From positions 3,328,001 to 3,392,000 of the forward strand of contig OZ250150.1 of NCBI GenBank assembly GCA_965237675.1: a stretch of 64,000 nucleotides of DNA. Direction: 5' to 3'. This document shows positions 35,233 to 45,064 of the stretch, one piece after another (position 1 is the first letter of the stretch; each line of letters starts with the position of its first letter). Made by a program: the position numbers and the translations under genes. The notes under the pieces were generated by a model. It was not told the origin of the DNA. It saw only the letters and a list, made by a program, of their open reading frames with translations, and searched no databases. The stretch comes from Candidatus Latescibacterota bacterium. GTDB lineage: Bacteria > Latescibacterota > UBA2968 > GCA-2709665.

Positions 35233-35292
35233 ATAGGTTTGTCGAAACCTGCCCCAGGACAACATTGCCGCGGGAACCTTGCGAGGGTGAGA

Positions 35293-36201
35293 ATGGATAC
35301 CACGTTTGTGCACGGTCTTATTCCGGCACTGATCACCCCAATGACCTGCGACGAAGCGCTGGATGAAGCTGGCCTTGAGCGTTTGTTGGATTACGTGATC
35401 GCCGCAGGCGTGCACGGCGTGTTTGCCGGAGGTACCGCCGGGGAGTCCTGGGCATTGAGCGTGGAGGAGAAGATACGCCTTTACCAGTGGACCGTGGGTT
35501 ATACGGCGGGACGGGTACCGGTTTATGTGGGAACGGCGGCCAATTGCACAGGTGAGGCCGTGCGGCTGGCCGAGGCGGCGCAGGAGGCGGGGGCGGATTG
35601 TCTTTCGGTGCTCACTCCTTTCTTTATCACGCCCAATCCCGGCGAGATGTACAACCACTTTGCCGCCATCGCCCGCGCAGTGGACCTGCCGGTGCTTTTG
35701 TACGATCTGCCTGCGAGAACCGCCAACAGCCTCTCTGTAGATCTGGTGATGCGGCTGGCAGGAACATTCGGCAATATCGTCGGCATCAAAGACAGTTCGG
35801 GGGATTTTACCAGGACGCTCGATTACCTGCGTCATGCTCCCGAGGGGTTTCGCGTTATCATGGGTCGCGACACGCTGATCTACGCCGCCCTCGTCCACGG
35901 CGCCGCAGGGGCAATTGCCGCCAGCGCAAATGTGGTGCCCGAACTGGGTGTCGGTGTTTACGAGCGGTACAGGGCCGGAGACACGGAAGGCGCCCTGGAT
36001 TTCCAGAAGCGGCTTGTCCCGTTGCGATCCGCGTTTTCGCTGGGAACGCATCCGGCAATGCTCAAGGCGGGGGCGGAGCTTGTGGGCGCCGCCGGAGGAC
36101 CGCCCCGGCGGCCCGTGAGCCGGCTGTCCGGTGTCGATCTGCAACAGTTGAAAGTTCTGCTTGCAAAGATGGGAAAGTTGCGAGCCGTCGACGCGGATTG
36201 A
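35293..36201 (+). CDS. DapA/N-acetylneuraminate lyase family aldolase
   Basis: ALITP, GTAGE, LLYDLP, GIKDSSG (Schiff-base Lys). Confidence 0.85.
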   Translation: MDTTFVHGLIPALITPMTCDEALDEAGLERLLDYVIAAGVHGVFAGGTAGESWALSVEEKIRLYQWTVGYTAGRVPVYVGTAANCTGEAVRLAEAAQEAGADCLSVLTPFFITPNPGEMYNHFAAIARAVDLPVLLYDLPARTANSLSVDLVMRLAGTFGNIVGIKDSSGDFTRTLDYLRHAPEGFRVIMGRDTLIYAALVHGAAGAIAASANVVPELGVGVYERYRAGDTEGALDFQKRLVPLRSAFSLGTHPAMLKAGAELVGAAGGPPRRPVSRLSGVDLQQLKVLLAKMGKLRAVDAD

Positions 36202-36246
36202 ATGACTTCCAAGGCCTGAGGCCTGAACGTATTGAGGAGCGACGGA

Positions 36247-36861
36247 ATGATCGATCAACCTGAAAGGCATCGCACAATTCTGGTCGTTGGGGCGCCCGGG
36301 TCGGGTAAGGGCACGCAGGGGAAAATACTGGGGAAGATTCCAGGATTCTACCACCAGGCCTGCGGCGACGTTTTTCGGGCCCTGGACCCGAGCAGCGAGT
36401 TGGGCAAGATCTTTCTTGCTTACTCGGGTAAAGGCCGACTGGTTCCGGACCAGTTTACCGTTCAACTGTGGCTGGACCATATTCGAGGCGCTATTCAGAA
36501 CGGCAGATTTCGACCGGATGAGGAAGTGCTTGTTCTCGACGGCATTCCACGCAATTTGCACCAGGCCGAAATGATGGCGGATTATATCGACCTCAATCTG
36601 CTCATCTGCCTGGATATAGCCGATGACAACGTTCTGGTCACACGTGCCCTGCGCCGCGCGCTCAGAGAGAACCGGCTCGACGATGCCAGCGAAGCGGTCA
36701 TCCGGCGGCGGCTGCGGGAATTCGAGCGGGAAACGGCGCCTCTACTGGATTATTATCCGGCCGAGGTGATACGCAATGTTGACGGGGAGCAGAAACCGGT
36801 CGACGTCTTGCACGATGTAATCGGAATCATCCAGGAAGTGGATACGGTCACCGGCATCTGA
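36247..36861 (+). CDS. Adenylate kinase family nucleoside monophosphate kinase (short LID)
   Basis: GAPGSGKGTQ P-loop, CGDVFR, LVPD, LDGIPRN..QA, RLDD. Confidence 0.88.
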   Translation: MIDQPERHRTILVVGAPGSGKGTQGKILGKIPGFYHQACGDVFRALDPSSELGKIFLAYSGKGRLVPDQFTVQLWLDHIRGAIQNGRFRPDEEVLVLDGIPRNLHQAEMMADYIDLNLLICLDIADDNVLVTRALRRALRENRLDDASEAVIRRRLREFERETAPLLDYYPAEVIRNVDGEQKPVDVLHDVIGIIQEVDTVTGI

Positions 36862-37040
36862 AACCCAAAGCTTTTTCGGGTGGGGTACGGTCGTCTGTTT
36901 TTTCAGGCGGCCGTCGTATTTTCAGCGGTAACGGACGTTGGAGTCCGGTGATTGAGGTCTCACGGGTGCCGCGTACCCAGACCGCATATCGGCAACGCGA
37001 CGCGGTTCGTTCAGATCCATAACGGGGAGCATCTGCAGGC

Positions 37041-40000
37041 ATGTTTAGAGTGTGTATCGGCATTATTCTCCTGTTTGTCTTCCCGCCGTGCGTGGAAGCA
37101 CGCCCGCGGATGGATTGGACGGTGTTCCGGCGCGAAGACGGTCTTGCCCACAACGTGGTGACGGCAGTCGTAGAGGCACAAGACGGCGCGCTCTGGTTTG
37201 CCACACGTGAGGGTATATCCCGCTATGACGGTCGGGCATGGCGCACCTATGGCGAAGAAGAGGGGTTGCCCGGCAGCAGTTTCCGCGGGCTCTTCGAAGC
37301 TGAGAACGGCACCCTGTGGGCCACCGGAGGTGTCGGGTTTCGCTGGCAGGCTGAAAACCACATCGCCCGTCTGGTGGGCGACCGGTGGGAGCCGGTCATA
37401 CTGCCCGGAAACCTTGCGGGTGTCGGCGTGGGGCCGATTGTCGGCGTCGCAGGAGGCGGCCTCTGTTTTGCAACGGCGGGTTTGGGTATACTCCACTATG
37501 CCGGTGACGAGTGGAAGACCATTGACGAAGAGGATGGGCTGGCGTCCAATAATGTGCAATGTCTTTTGCGGTTGAAGGACGGGGCCGTGTGGGCGGCGTA
37601 CGCAGGGGGACGGCCCGGAAGCAGGTCTTTCCTACGCCGTCCCAGACGCGGGCGGGGCGGGGGCGTTAGCCGATTCGATCCTTCGAAGAATGAATGGGTG
37701 GAGGTTGCCGCGCCCGGCGAACTGGCGGGTGGCGCGGTGACCGCGATGGCGCAGGCTGCGGACGGCGCCATCTGGCTGGGAACGGAGAACAGAGGGGTAC
37801 TGCGTTACGACGGGTTAAATTGGCAGGAGTTTACTGCGGCAGACGGGTTGCCCGCGAACCCGGTGCTGGCCGTCGCTGCGGCGCCTGATGGGTCAGTATG
37901 GGTGGGAACCGTCGGTGGCGTCGTTCGATTCATGGCGCCGGAAACGGAATTGTCGGCCGGGGATCACTGGCAGATAGTTCAGATTTTTACGGAAGAGAAC
38001 GGCCTGCCGAGCAATCTGGTCACATCCATCTGTGTCAGCAGGGCCGGCGCCGTGTGGGTGGGAACCGCATGGGGTGTCGCGCGGTACGGTGCAACAGGTT
38101 GGGACCAACACAGCCGGTGGGCCGGTGCGGCTGACCCCGGCGGCGTGGCCCTTGAACGTACGGCGGATGGCCGTTTGTGGGCAGCCACAGGAGAGCGAAT
38201 CTACGAATTTGACGGCGCCAACTGGCATGAGGCTTACCGGATCCGGACCCATGGCCGCCGTCGGCCCGGGCCTATTGTGGCGTTAAATAAAGGAAAGGGC
38301 GGTACGCTCTGGGCTGCCATCGATCGACGTGTGTTTCGTTTTGACGGTGCCTATTGGAAGGAATTCGGGTTGCCGATGTCTGGACCCGGATCCCGTATTC
38401 TATCGATTTTCCCCGCACGTGCGGGCGGGGTGTGGGCGGGCACGCGAGCCGGGCTATTTCGATTCGACGGCGAGGAATGGTCCGCGCATGCGCCTGCGGT
38501 GACAGGAGGGGTGCACGCCGTATACGAGTCCGGCGATGGCGCCCTCTGGCTTGGCGCCGACAGCGGCGTCGTTTTGGATAAAGACGGCGAACGCCGGGTT
38601 TTCACCTCGGCCGACGGGTTGTCTGGGGAGCCTGTCGTCGCGCTGGCCGAGGCGCACGGCGCGATCTGGGCCGCAACGCGCTTCAAGGGGATGTTTCGAT
38701 ACAATCGGGGCGTGTGGGAAGCCGTGCCAAGGGGCGATGAGACCGTTTTCGCGGGAGCGCACCGTTTTTTTGTGGATGACGATGGCATACTCTGGTTGGC
38801 CTCCCTTGCGATCGGCGCGGTTCATACCGATGGCGAGGTCTGGACGCGCTACACGACGCGCAGCGGCCTTCCGGGCGCCCGGGTGTGGGATATCGCGCAG
38901 GACAGGGATGGACGGTTCTGGTTTGCCACAGATAAGGGACTGGGATGTTATTCGCGGGACACCGATGCGCCTGAAACCGTGCTGTCGATGCCTTCCAACG
39001 AGGTGGCGCCCTACCAGAGTGTCCTGGTAAAATTCTCCGGTCAGGACGCGTGGAAACAGACACCGACACACGAGTTGAAATACGCGTGGAGGCTCAGTGG
39101 AGAGGTTTGGATGCCGTTTGTTCGGGTCAGAACGCCTGGAATCTGGACGCCGTTTACAGCTGAAGATCATACGCTTTTAAGCGGGCTTGAACCCGGCCGT
39201 CATACCTTTGAAGTTCGTGCGATGGATCGGGAATTCAATATCGATCCGACACCAGCCCGGCATTTTTTCATGGTTCTGGCCCCCGTGTGGCAGCGGCCGT
39301 GGTTCGTGGCGCTCAGCGTATTCTCGATCGTGGCTCTTGGCGTGTCGTCCGGAGTTGCGCTGCAACGGCACCGGCGGTGGCGCGAGGCCCAAGCCCGCCA
39401 GATCCAAGAATTGGAATCCGAGTTACAGCAGGCGCACAGGATGCAGATGGGTCTGCTGCCTACGGCCACGATACGAGACGAATTTTTTGAAATTGCAGGA
39501 GTCTGCGCGCCCGCGAACCACGTCGGTGGCGACTATTTCAACTATTTCTGGCTGGACGAGGCACGGAGGGTTCTTGGCTTTGGCGCGGCAGATGTCTCGG
39601 GAAAGGCGATGGAGGCGGCCGTGCGGGCGATGCAGTTGAGCGGGATCTTCAGGTACGAGTTTCGAGGTGAAAAGCCGCTGACCGAGGTTGCGAAGCGGCT
39701 GGATGAGGATTTGAAGGAACAGATGGATGAGGCCAGTTTCATTACCTGTTGTCTGGGCAAGCTGAATCCGGTAGCGGGGCGCGTCGACCTGGTCAACGCC
39801 GGCCATCCCTTCCCATATCATTATTGCGCAGCGGCGGGGGAGTTGCGGGCCCTTCATCTGCCGTCCATTCCGCTGGGTTTGGTTTTGCCCCCGGGAAGCC
39901 CCGGCGGGCATGCCGAGGCCGCCATCGATGTGGCACCGGACGACCTGCTGGTGTTCTACAGCGATGGCGTGACCGACATGCGGAATGGGGCCGGGGAGTT

Positions 40001-40181
40001 TTATGAGACAGACCGGCTGGAAAAAACGATCAAGGCGCATGTTCGGGCAAGCGCCGCGGACCTGGTCTCTGTGATTCTCGAGGACGTTTACCGTTTCAAG
40101 GGAGATGCGCCTCAGCCGGACGATATGACGCTTCTGGTGATTCGAATGCTGGATGGGGGGCGTGCGGACGCAAGCGGATGA
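37041..40181 (+). CDS. Membrane sensor phosphatase: extracytoplasmic beta-propeller (Reg_prop) repeats, Y_Y_Y-like domain, TM helix and SpoIIE/PP2C domain
   Basis: Signal peptide; repeated DGL..N.V...DG.LW.GT; HTFEVRAMD; PVWQRPWF plus TM; VGGDY, ADVSGK, NAGHP, YSDGV, DDMTL. Confidence 0.9.
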   Translation: MFRVCIGIILLFVFPPCVEARPRMDWTVFRREDGLAHNVVTAVVEAQDGALWFATREGISRYDGRAWRTYGEEEGLPGSSFRGLFEAENGTLWATGGVGFRWQAENHIARLVGDRWEPVILPGNLAGVGVGPIVGVAGGGLCFATAGLGILHYAGDEWKTIDEEDGLASNNVQCLLRLKDGAVWAAYAGGRPGSRSFLRRPRRGRGGGVSRFDPSKNEWVEVAAPGELAGGAVTAMAQAADGAIWLGTENRGVLRYDGLNWQEFTAADGLPANPVLAVAAAPDGSVWVGTVGGVVRFMAPETELSAGDHWQIVQIFTEENGLPSNLVTSICVSRAGAVWVGTAWGVARYGATGWDQHSRWAGAADPGGVALERTADGRLWAATGERIYEFDGANWHEAYRIRTHGRRRPGPIVALNKGKGGTLWAAIDRRVFRFDGAYWKEFGLPMSGPGSRILSIFPARAGGVWAGTRAGLFRFDGEEWSAHAPAVTGGVHAVYESGDGALWLGADSGVVLDKDGERRVFTSADGLSGEPVVALAEAHGAIWAATRFKGMFRYNRGVWEAVPRGDETVFAGAHRFFVDDDGILWLASLAIGAVHTDGEVWTRYTTRSGLPGARVWDIAQDRDGRFWFATDKGLGCYSRDTDAPETVLSMPSNEVAPYQSVLVKFSGQDAWKQTPTHELKYAWRLSGEVWMPFVRVRTPGIWTPFTAEDHTLLSGLEPGRHTFEVRAMDREFNIDPTPARHFFMVLAPVWQRPWFVALSVFSIVALGVSSGVALQRHRRWREAQARQIQELESELQQAHRMQMGLLPTATIRDEFFEIAGVCAPANHVGGDYFNYFWLDEARRVLGFGAADVSGKAMEAAVRAMQLSGIFRYEFRGEKPLTEVAKRLDEDLKEQMDEASFITCCLGKLNPVAGRVDLVNAGHPFPYHYCAAAGELRALHLPSIPLGLVLPPGSPGGHAEAAIDVAPDDLLVFYSDGVTDMRNGAGEFYETDRLEKTIKAHVRASAADLVSVILEDVYRFKGDAPQPDDMTLLVIRMLDGGRADASG

Positions 40182-40789
40182 AGTGTGAGACCTCACACGG
40201 ATAAAGAGGGAAACTACCTGACCTTGGCACCTCCCGAAAAATTGCAGATCAATTCTGCGTCAAGACCCGCATTTTTTCGCATTGTCCCTTCGACCCTTAA
40301 CATCTCTCCCGTCAAGGCTCTTCTCCAGAATTCAAAGCTCATTAACGACCCCAATGGCTAATCCCCCTTCTCCAGATCCCAAACCATCGCCAAGATCGCC
40401 GTCTTACATTGAATAATTGAAAGCAAGAAACACAAGACATAGCGAGATTTACAGTTACACGTTCTCGGATCGATTCTACTCATCTAATTCACAGCTAGAC
40501 TCGATCGATGTCGACATGCCGCTTATCGTGTCATCCTTCATGGACAGAGCTATCGCTCACCACGACCCCAACAAACGAGACATAAAATCACCATTGGAGC
40601 TGAGATCCACAAATTTCAATCATAAATCCCTACAGAGACTGCCCAATATTCCTCCCCCACTGGCGCTATTGAGCCGATCGTATGGGTTGGCCCCTTTCAC
40701 CAATCATTGACAAGCTGTGAATCTCATTGCGTCTCTGAAGACGCTCAGAGCTTTGGTGGCCAAGGTCTACTAGAAGAGGACGTTTACTG

Positions 40790-41167
40790 ATGGATGCAGA
40801 CCAAACCTGCCGCCCAATGGAACCAATGAAGGATGCCATAACTAGCATGGCAATTGAATCTTGGCGGTTTACAAAGGTATTCGACCGTTTGCTCAACAAG
40901 CTAGATGCTGGCGAACAGAAACGATACAGGAGCCAAGTTCGATGGTTCACCAAAAGGTTCGAAGAGGCTCTGAAGCTGGCTGATTTGCGAATCGTCGACG
41001 TTGAGGGGCATCCCTTTGATCCAGGCATGGCCGCTACACCTCTGAACATCGATGAATTCGACGCTGAAGATTTCTTGATAGTCGATCAGATGATTGAGCC
41101 TATCATTATGACGAACGATCGTTTGGTTAAGACAGGAACTGTCACGTTGAGGAGGGTGAAACAATGA
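40790..41167 (+). CDS. Short divergent GrpE-like protein
   Basis: C-terminal half L.IVDVEGHPFDP...V.QMIEP.....RLVK.GTV follows the GrpE head pattern (G..FDP...V...Y....RL.R...V); stop overlaps the Hsp70 start (ATGA). Confidence 0.6.
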   Translation: MDADQTCRPMEPMKDAITSMAIESWRFTKVFDRLLNKLDAGEQKRYRSQVRWFTKRFEEALKLADLRIVDVEGHPFDPGMAATPLNIDEFDAEDFLIVDQMIEPIIMTNDRLVKTGTVTLRRVKQ

Positions 41168-43662
41168 GAAATTTCGTAGGTATCGACTTGGGGACAACAA
41201 ACAGCGCGATCTGCTCCTTTAACGGTTCCGAAACTTGCATTTGGAAGAGCCCCGAACAGAACGATGTAACACCCTCTGTCATCCATATAGATCGAAGGGG
41301 CAATAAGTATGTCGGTAAAAGGGCTTGCGATTCAGCCCGATACAGTCCCGATAATTCTGCAATGTTATTCAAGCGACTTATGGGAACAAGCACGCCAATT
41401 CGACTAGCGGCAGTCAATCTCACTAAAACGCCGGAAGAATGCTCTGCGGAGGTATTGAAGGTGCTGTTTGGCTATCTCTCTGAGGAGATCAGAAACGACC
41501 CGGATACAGGTACCGTGATCACTGTACCCGCGGCATTTAACCAAATGCAGAAAGACGCGACCATGCAAGCGGCCAGCATGGCAGGTATAGGAAAGGTTGC
41601 ACTCATGCAGGAGCCGGTTGCTGCGGTGATGAGAGTCATGCGATCAAGTAGCACTGATGGTATGTTTCTGATCTACGACCTTGGCGGAGGCACGCTAGAT
41701 ATAGCTATCGCCGAAAGCATCAGTGGAAGGGTTAACCTTCTTGCACACGGCGGGATTGCCATGTGTGGTGGACGGGATTTCGACCGCGTTCTATTTGACA
41801 ATGTTGTTCGTAGTTGGCTGCTTGAGAATTTCGATTTGCCCGAAGATTTGCCGGCGAACCCGACGTTTAAATCGCTCATCCGTCTAGCCATCTGGGCGAC
41901 CGAACGGGCGAAGATCGAACTCTCCGCACGCGAAGAGGCAGTTATAAGCCTTTCCGAAATAGAGACACGGGTCAGGGATCTCAAAGATAACGAAATCTAC
42001 CTCGACATTTCCTTGCAGCGCGGCACCTATGACAATCTGATAGCCGAGCGCGTAGGTGAATCGATAGATTCCGCTCGTGAGACAATGGCAAAGGTAGGAA
42101 TCCCCCCACACGATTTAGAGCGCATCGTGTTTGTCGGTGGCCCAACCATTTACAAGCCATTGCGGGACAAAGTCGCCTTCGAGTTAGGAATCCCCGGAAG
42201 CACAGATGTTAATCCGATGACAGCCGTGGCCGAAGGGGCCAGTATATTTTCTGAATCCATCGACTGGGGCTCCCACAATCGCTCAAGGAAGAAATCCCGA
42301 GGGCAGATTTCCCCGGTGGGTGGGCTGGCTCTGACTTTCAACTATATCGCCCGTACACCTGACTCAAGAGCCAAGATTGCCGTTGAGATGGCAGGCCAAA
42401 ACGCCTCTGGTTTTGAAATCCAAATCGACAGTATCGATACCGGCTGGACCTCGGGTCTTATTCCACTCAAGCATGGTGCAATAATTGAAGTAACCCTGAC
42501 AAAGACCGGCGATAACACATTCAAGGTTTTCGTGTTTGATTCTGTGGGCGGCCCTATAGCCCTCGAGCAGGACAAGATCATAATCACGAAGACTGCTGTT
42601 ACCGTTGACGCCATTCCGGCCTCGCATTCAGTTGGCATTGAGGTTTTGGAGAAGCTAGGTGGGCATCCGGTACTCGAATACCTGGTTCGGTCAGGTGAAA
42701 CGCTACCCCAAAAGGGCAAGAGGGTACTAAGAGCTGCCGAATCGCTTAAGGCAGGAGCATCTCACTCACTCAATTTTAAGCTTTGGGAAGGAGAAATCGA
42801 AGAGCCCATCAGCGACAATCGTCCCATCGGCGTTTTGAAGATTTCCGGCTCCGATTTCGATGATGGTGTGATTCCCATAGGCGCTGACCTTGAATGTGAT
42901 TATGAGATCTTGGATTCGGGGAACATCGTCATAGAAGTTTCCGTTCCATGCATCGGCGGTACATTCTATTCGGGTAAGAACTTCTATTCTCGGCAGGAAG
43001 GCCAGCTTGACTACACTTCAGATTCAGTTCGGATCGTCGAAGAAGGAGAACGAACACTCAGGCGCATTGATGAAATCAACCAAGTCGTTGACAACGCGAA
43101 ACTTGACCAAGCAAAGCAGAAACTTGAACCTGCAATTTCGCTCGATCCCAACGAAGCAGAAACCGAAAAAGCCCAAGAGGCCATGGAAAAAGTCTTCGAA
43201 GCGAAACAACTCCTTGCTCAGATTAGGAAGGCTCATCTCAAGGAGATCCGTCAAATTGATCTGGACGGGGTGGTCTCCTTTTTTGATGAGTATGTCCGCC
43301 AGCACTCACGCCCATCAGAGGCGACCTCATTCGATAACTTGGCGAAAACAGCGCAACGCTCCATTGACAGAAACGACAATGATTTTGAATATCACTTGGA
43401 TGAACTTAAAGGAAAAAACTTCGAAATCCTGTGGCGTCAGGATTGGTTCGTTGTCGAACAATTTAAAAGGATGATTGAGCTGCCTCACCTATTTGCAGAT
43501 AAGCTTCTCTCTCAGGAACTTACCAACGTTGGCATGCAACTAATGCGTTCCAATGATATTGAGAAACTCCGCGATGTTGCCGCCCAGCTAATGATGATCC
43601 GGATTGACAAAGGTCCCGACAACGAGATGTTCGGTGTTACAACCAATATTATCAGGGGATGA
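41164..43662 (+). CDS. Atypical Hsp70/DnaK-family protein (832 aa)
   Basis: GIDLGTTNS, TPSV, VITVPAAFN, EPVAA, YDLGGGTLD, GGRDFD, AKIELS, FVGG; not canonical DnaK. Confidence 0.92.
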   Translation: MRNFVGIDLGTTNSAICSFNGSETCIWKSPEQNDVTPSVIHIDRRGNKYVGKRACDSARYSPDNSAMLFKRLMGTSTPIRLAAVNLTKTPEECSAEVLKVLFGYLSEEIRNDPDTGTVITVPAAFNQMQKDATMQAASMAGIGKVALMQEPVAAVMRVMRSSSTDGMFLIYDLGGGTLDIAIAESISGRVNLLAHGGIAMCGGRDFDRVLFDNVVRSWLLENFDLPEDLPANPTFKSLIRLAIWATERAKIELSAREEAVISLSEIETRVRDLKDNEIYLDISLQRGTYDNLIAERVGESIDSARETMAKVGIPPHDLERIVFVGGPTIYKPLRDKVAFELGIPGSTDVNPMTAVAEGASIFSESIDWGSHNRSRKKSRGQISPVGGLALTFNYIARTPDSRAKIAVEMAGQNASGFEIQIDSIDTGWTSGLIPLKHGAIIEVTLTKTGDNTFKVFVFDSVGGPIALEQDKIIITKTAVTVDAIPASHSVGIEVLEKLGGHPVLEYLVRSGETLPQKGKRVLRAAESLKAGASHSLNFKLWEGEIEEPISDNRPIGVLKISGSDFDDGVIPIGADLECDYEILDSGNIVIEVSVPCIGGTFYSGKNFYSRQEGQLDYTSDSVRIVEEGERTLRRIDEINQVVDNAKLDQAKQKLEPAISLDPNEAETEKAQEAMEKVFEAKQLLAQIRKAHLKEIRQIDLDGVVSFFDEYVRQHSRPSEATSFDNLAKTAQRSIDRNDNDFEYHLDELKGKNFEILWRQDWFVVEQFKRMIELPHLFADKLLSQELTNVGMQLMRSNDIEKLRDVAAQLMMIRIDKGPDNEMFGVTTNIIRG

Positions 43663-43674
43663 TTTGTGACAAAT

Positions 43675-45062
43675 TGAAGTGGACCCCAAAAACTGGACCG
43701 GCATCAATGACCGAATGGACTTAACCTGATTTGGTGGACGCTCATCTTCTGGTTATCTTGATGAGACATAAGGAGGTTCATCGTGCCCGATACACATCCT
43801 CCGTATCCGCTTGAGGATCGTCAGCAGATGGTAGAATTGGTACGAGCGGGGCGCTCACCAGAATGAACTGGCGATGGTTAACGAGTCCACCGGCCAGTCG
43901 ATCCGTGACGAAGTGGCTCAGGTGGCTCGAGATTGCGGCCGCCGGGACGACGATCTAACGACATAGGCGTGTGAAGAACTTGCGCGGTTGCACAGCGGGA
44001 ACAAGCAACCACGTATTAAACGTGAGATCCTCTCAAAAGCCGCCGCCTGATTCGCACGGGAGACCGACTCCATTCCTCAAAAGCCTTCGCGTTTGAAATG
44101 GCGCACCGGGCCGTGTACGTTGTGGCCACGGAATGGCGCGTGATGGGGAACTCCACCAGCGAGTATATTGCGGGGCTGAAGCGTCAGATCTCAAGACGTG
44201 CGGTAGCTGATTTGGTCCTCAAGGATCACATTGCGGTACTTCACACGCGATCTTTTGGGACCTATGGCGCACGCCGAAACACACCCAACTGGCATTTGAG
44301 GGCACTAAAACGGGCCCCAAGCGGTTTGTCCGGCTACTGCGGAAAATCGTCACTATGGGGTTAGCCAACACAAAGGCGTGCTCGCTACCTCGAAGGGCCA
44401 GCAGGAAAGCACTGTCGCCGATTTGGCTAATCGGGAATTTAGGGTCGTAGCACCCGATTGTTTCTAGGAGCCTGCGCTCCAGAACGGATTTGAGCACTGA
44501 ACTACACTATATATAGTATTGTAAGTTTTCTGCGGCGCAGACTCCTAGGAGGCCGATATCACGTACTTCCCCATCTGGGCGGGCTTCCTTTGCTTTTCCG
44601 TGGCTCTGGATGCCGTCTAAAGGCGCATCGTAAGATGGGCGATCGACTCGCATTTACACACCAAGGTGGCGCTGTATGCCATGGATACAGCCTTGCGGCA
44701 TCGTCGTCCCATGGACGTGATCGATCATTCCATTGAGGGATCGCGGTATACCTGCCTCGCCTTCGGTCTGCGCTACAAGAATGCTGGTGTCCGTCCCTAC
44801 AGTGGATCGGTCGGAGACTGCTTGGCGAACGCGATGTGCGAGAGTTTCTTCGCTACGGTAGAATGCGAACTGCTCGATCGCCACTGGTTTCGCACGTTCC
44901 TGGCCGCGCAACGGGCCGTCTTCGAGTACATTGAGGTGTGCAATAGTCAGCATCGTATGTATTCAGCTTTGGAAATAGGACTCACTCACATCCCATGAGG
45001 AAATACATTAGTCACTTGGTTGATACCTAGGCCGATAACCGCCCACGAATCCGGTAAACTCA
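43675..45062 (+). mobile_element. Degenerate IS3-family element; orfA and orfB pseudogenised
   Basis: TG...CA ends flanked by AAAT at 43671-43674 and 45063-45066. orfA remnant from 43783 reads PPYP..RQQMVELVRAGRSPE...REILSKAAA*FARE. orfB remnants ADITY.P.WAGFL and GSVGDC..NAMCESFFAT.ECELL contain stops and frameshifts. Confidence 0.88.
44468..44544. mobile_element. 77-bp MITE-like element nested in the IS3 remnant
   Basis: CTAG duplicated at 44464-44467 and 44545-44548; terminal IRs GAGCCTGCGCTCCAGAA / TTCTGCGGCGCAGACTC match at 14/17. Confidence 0.75.
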
Positions 45063-45064
45063 AA

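Noticed and set aside
40200-40789. 97-aa ORF 40417-40710 and a possible att site or integrase at the island's left edge
   Set aside because: No motif, RBS, integrase, tRNA or flanking direct repeat could be identified by eye.
45020-45064. First 15 codons of the 573-aa ORF
   Set aside because: They lie within the IS right end; the native start is the ATG at 45065.
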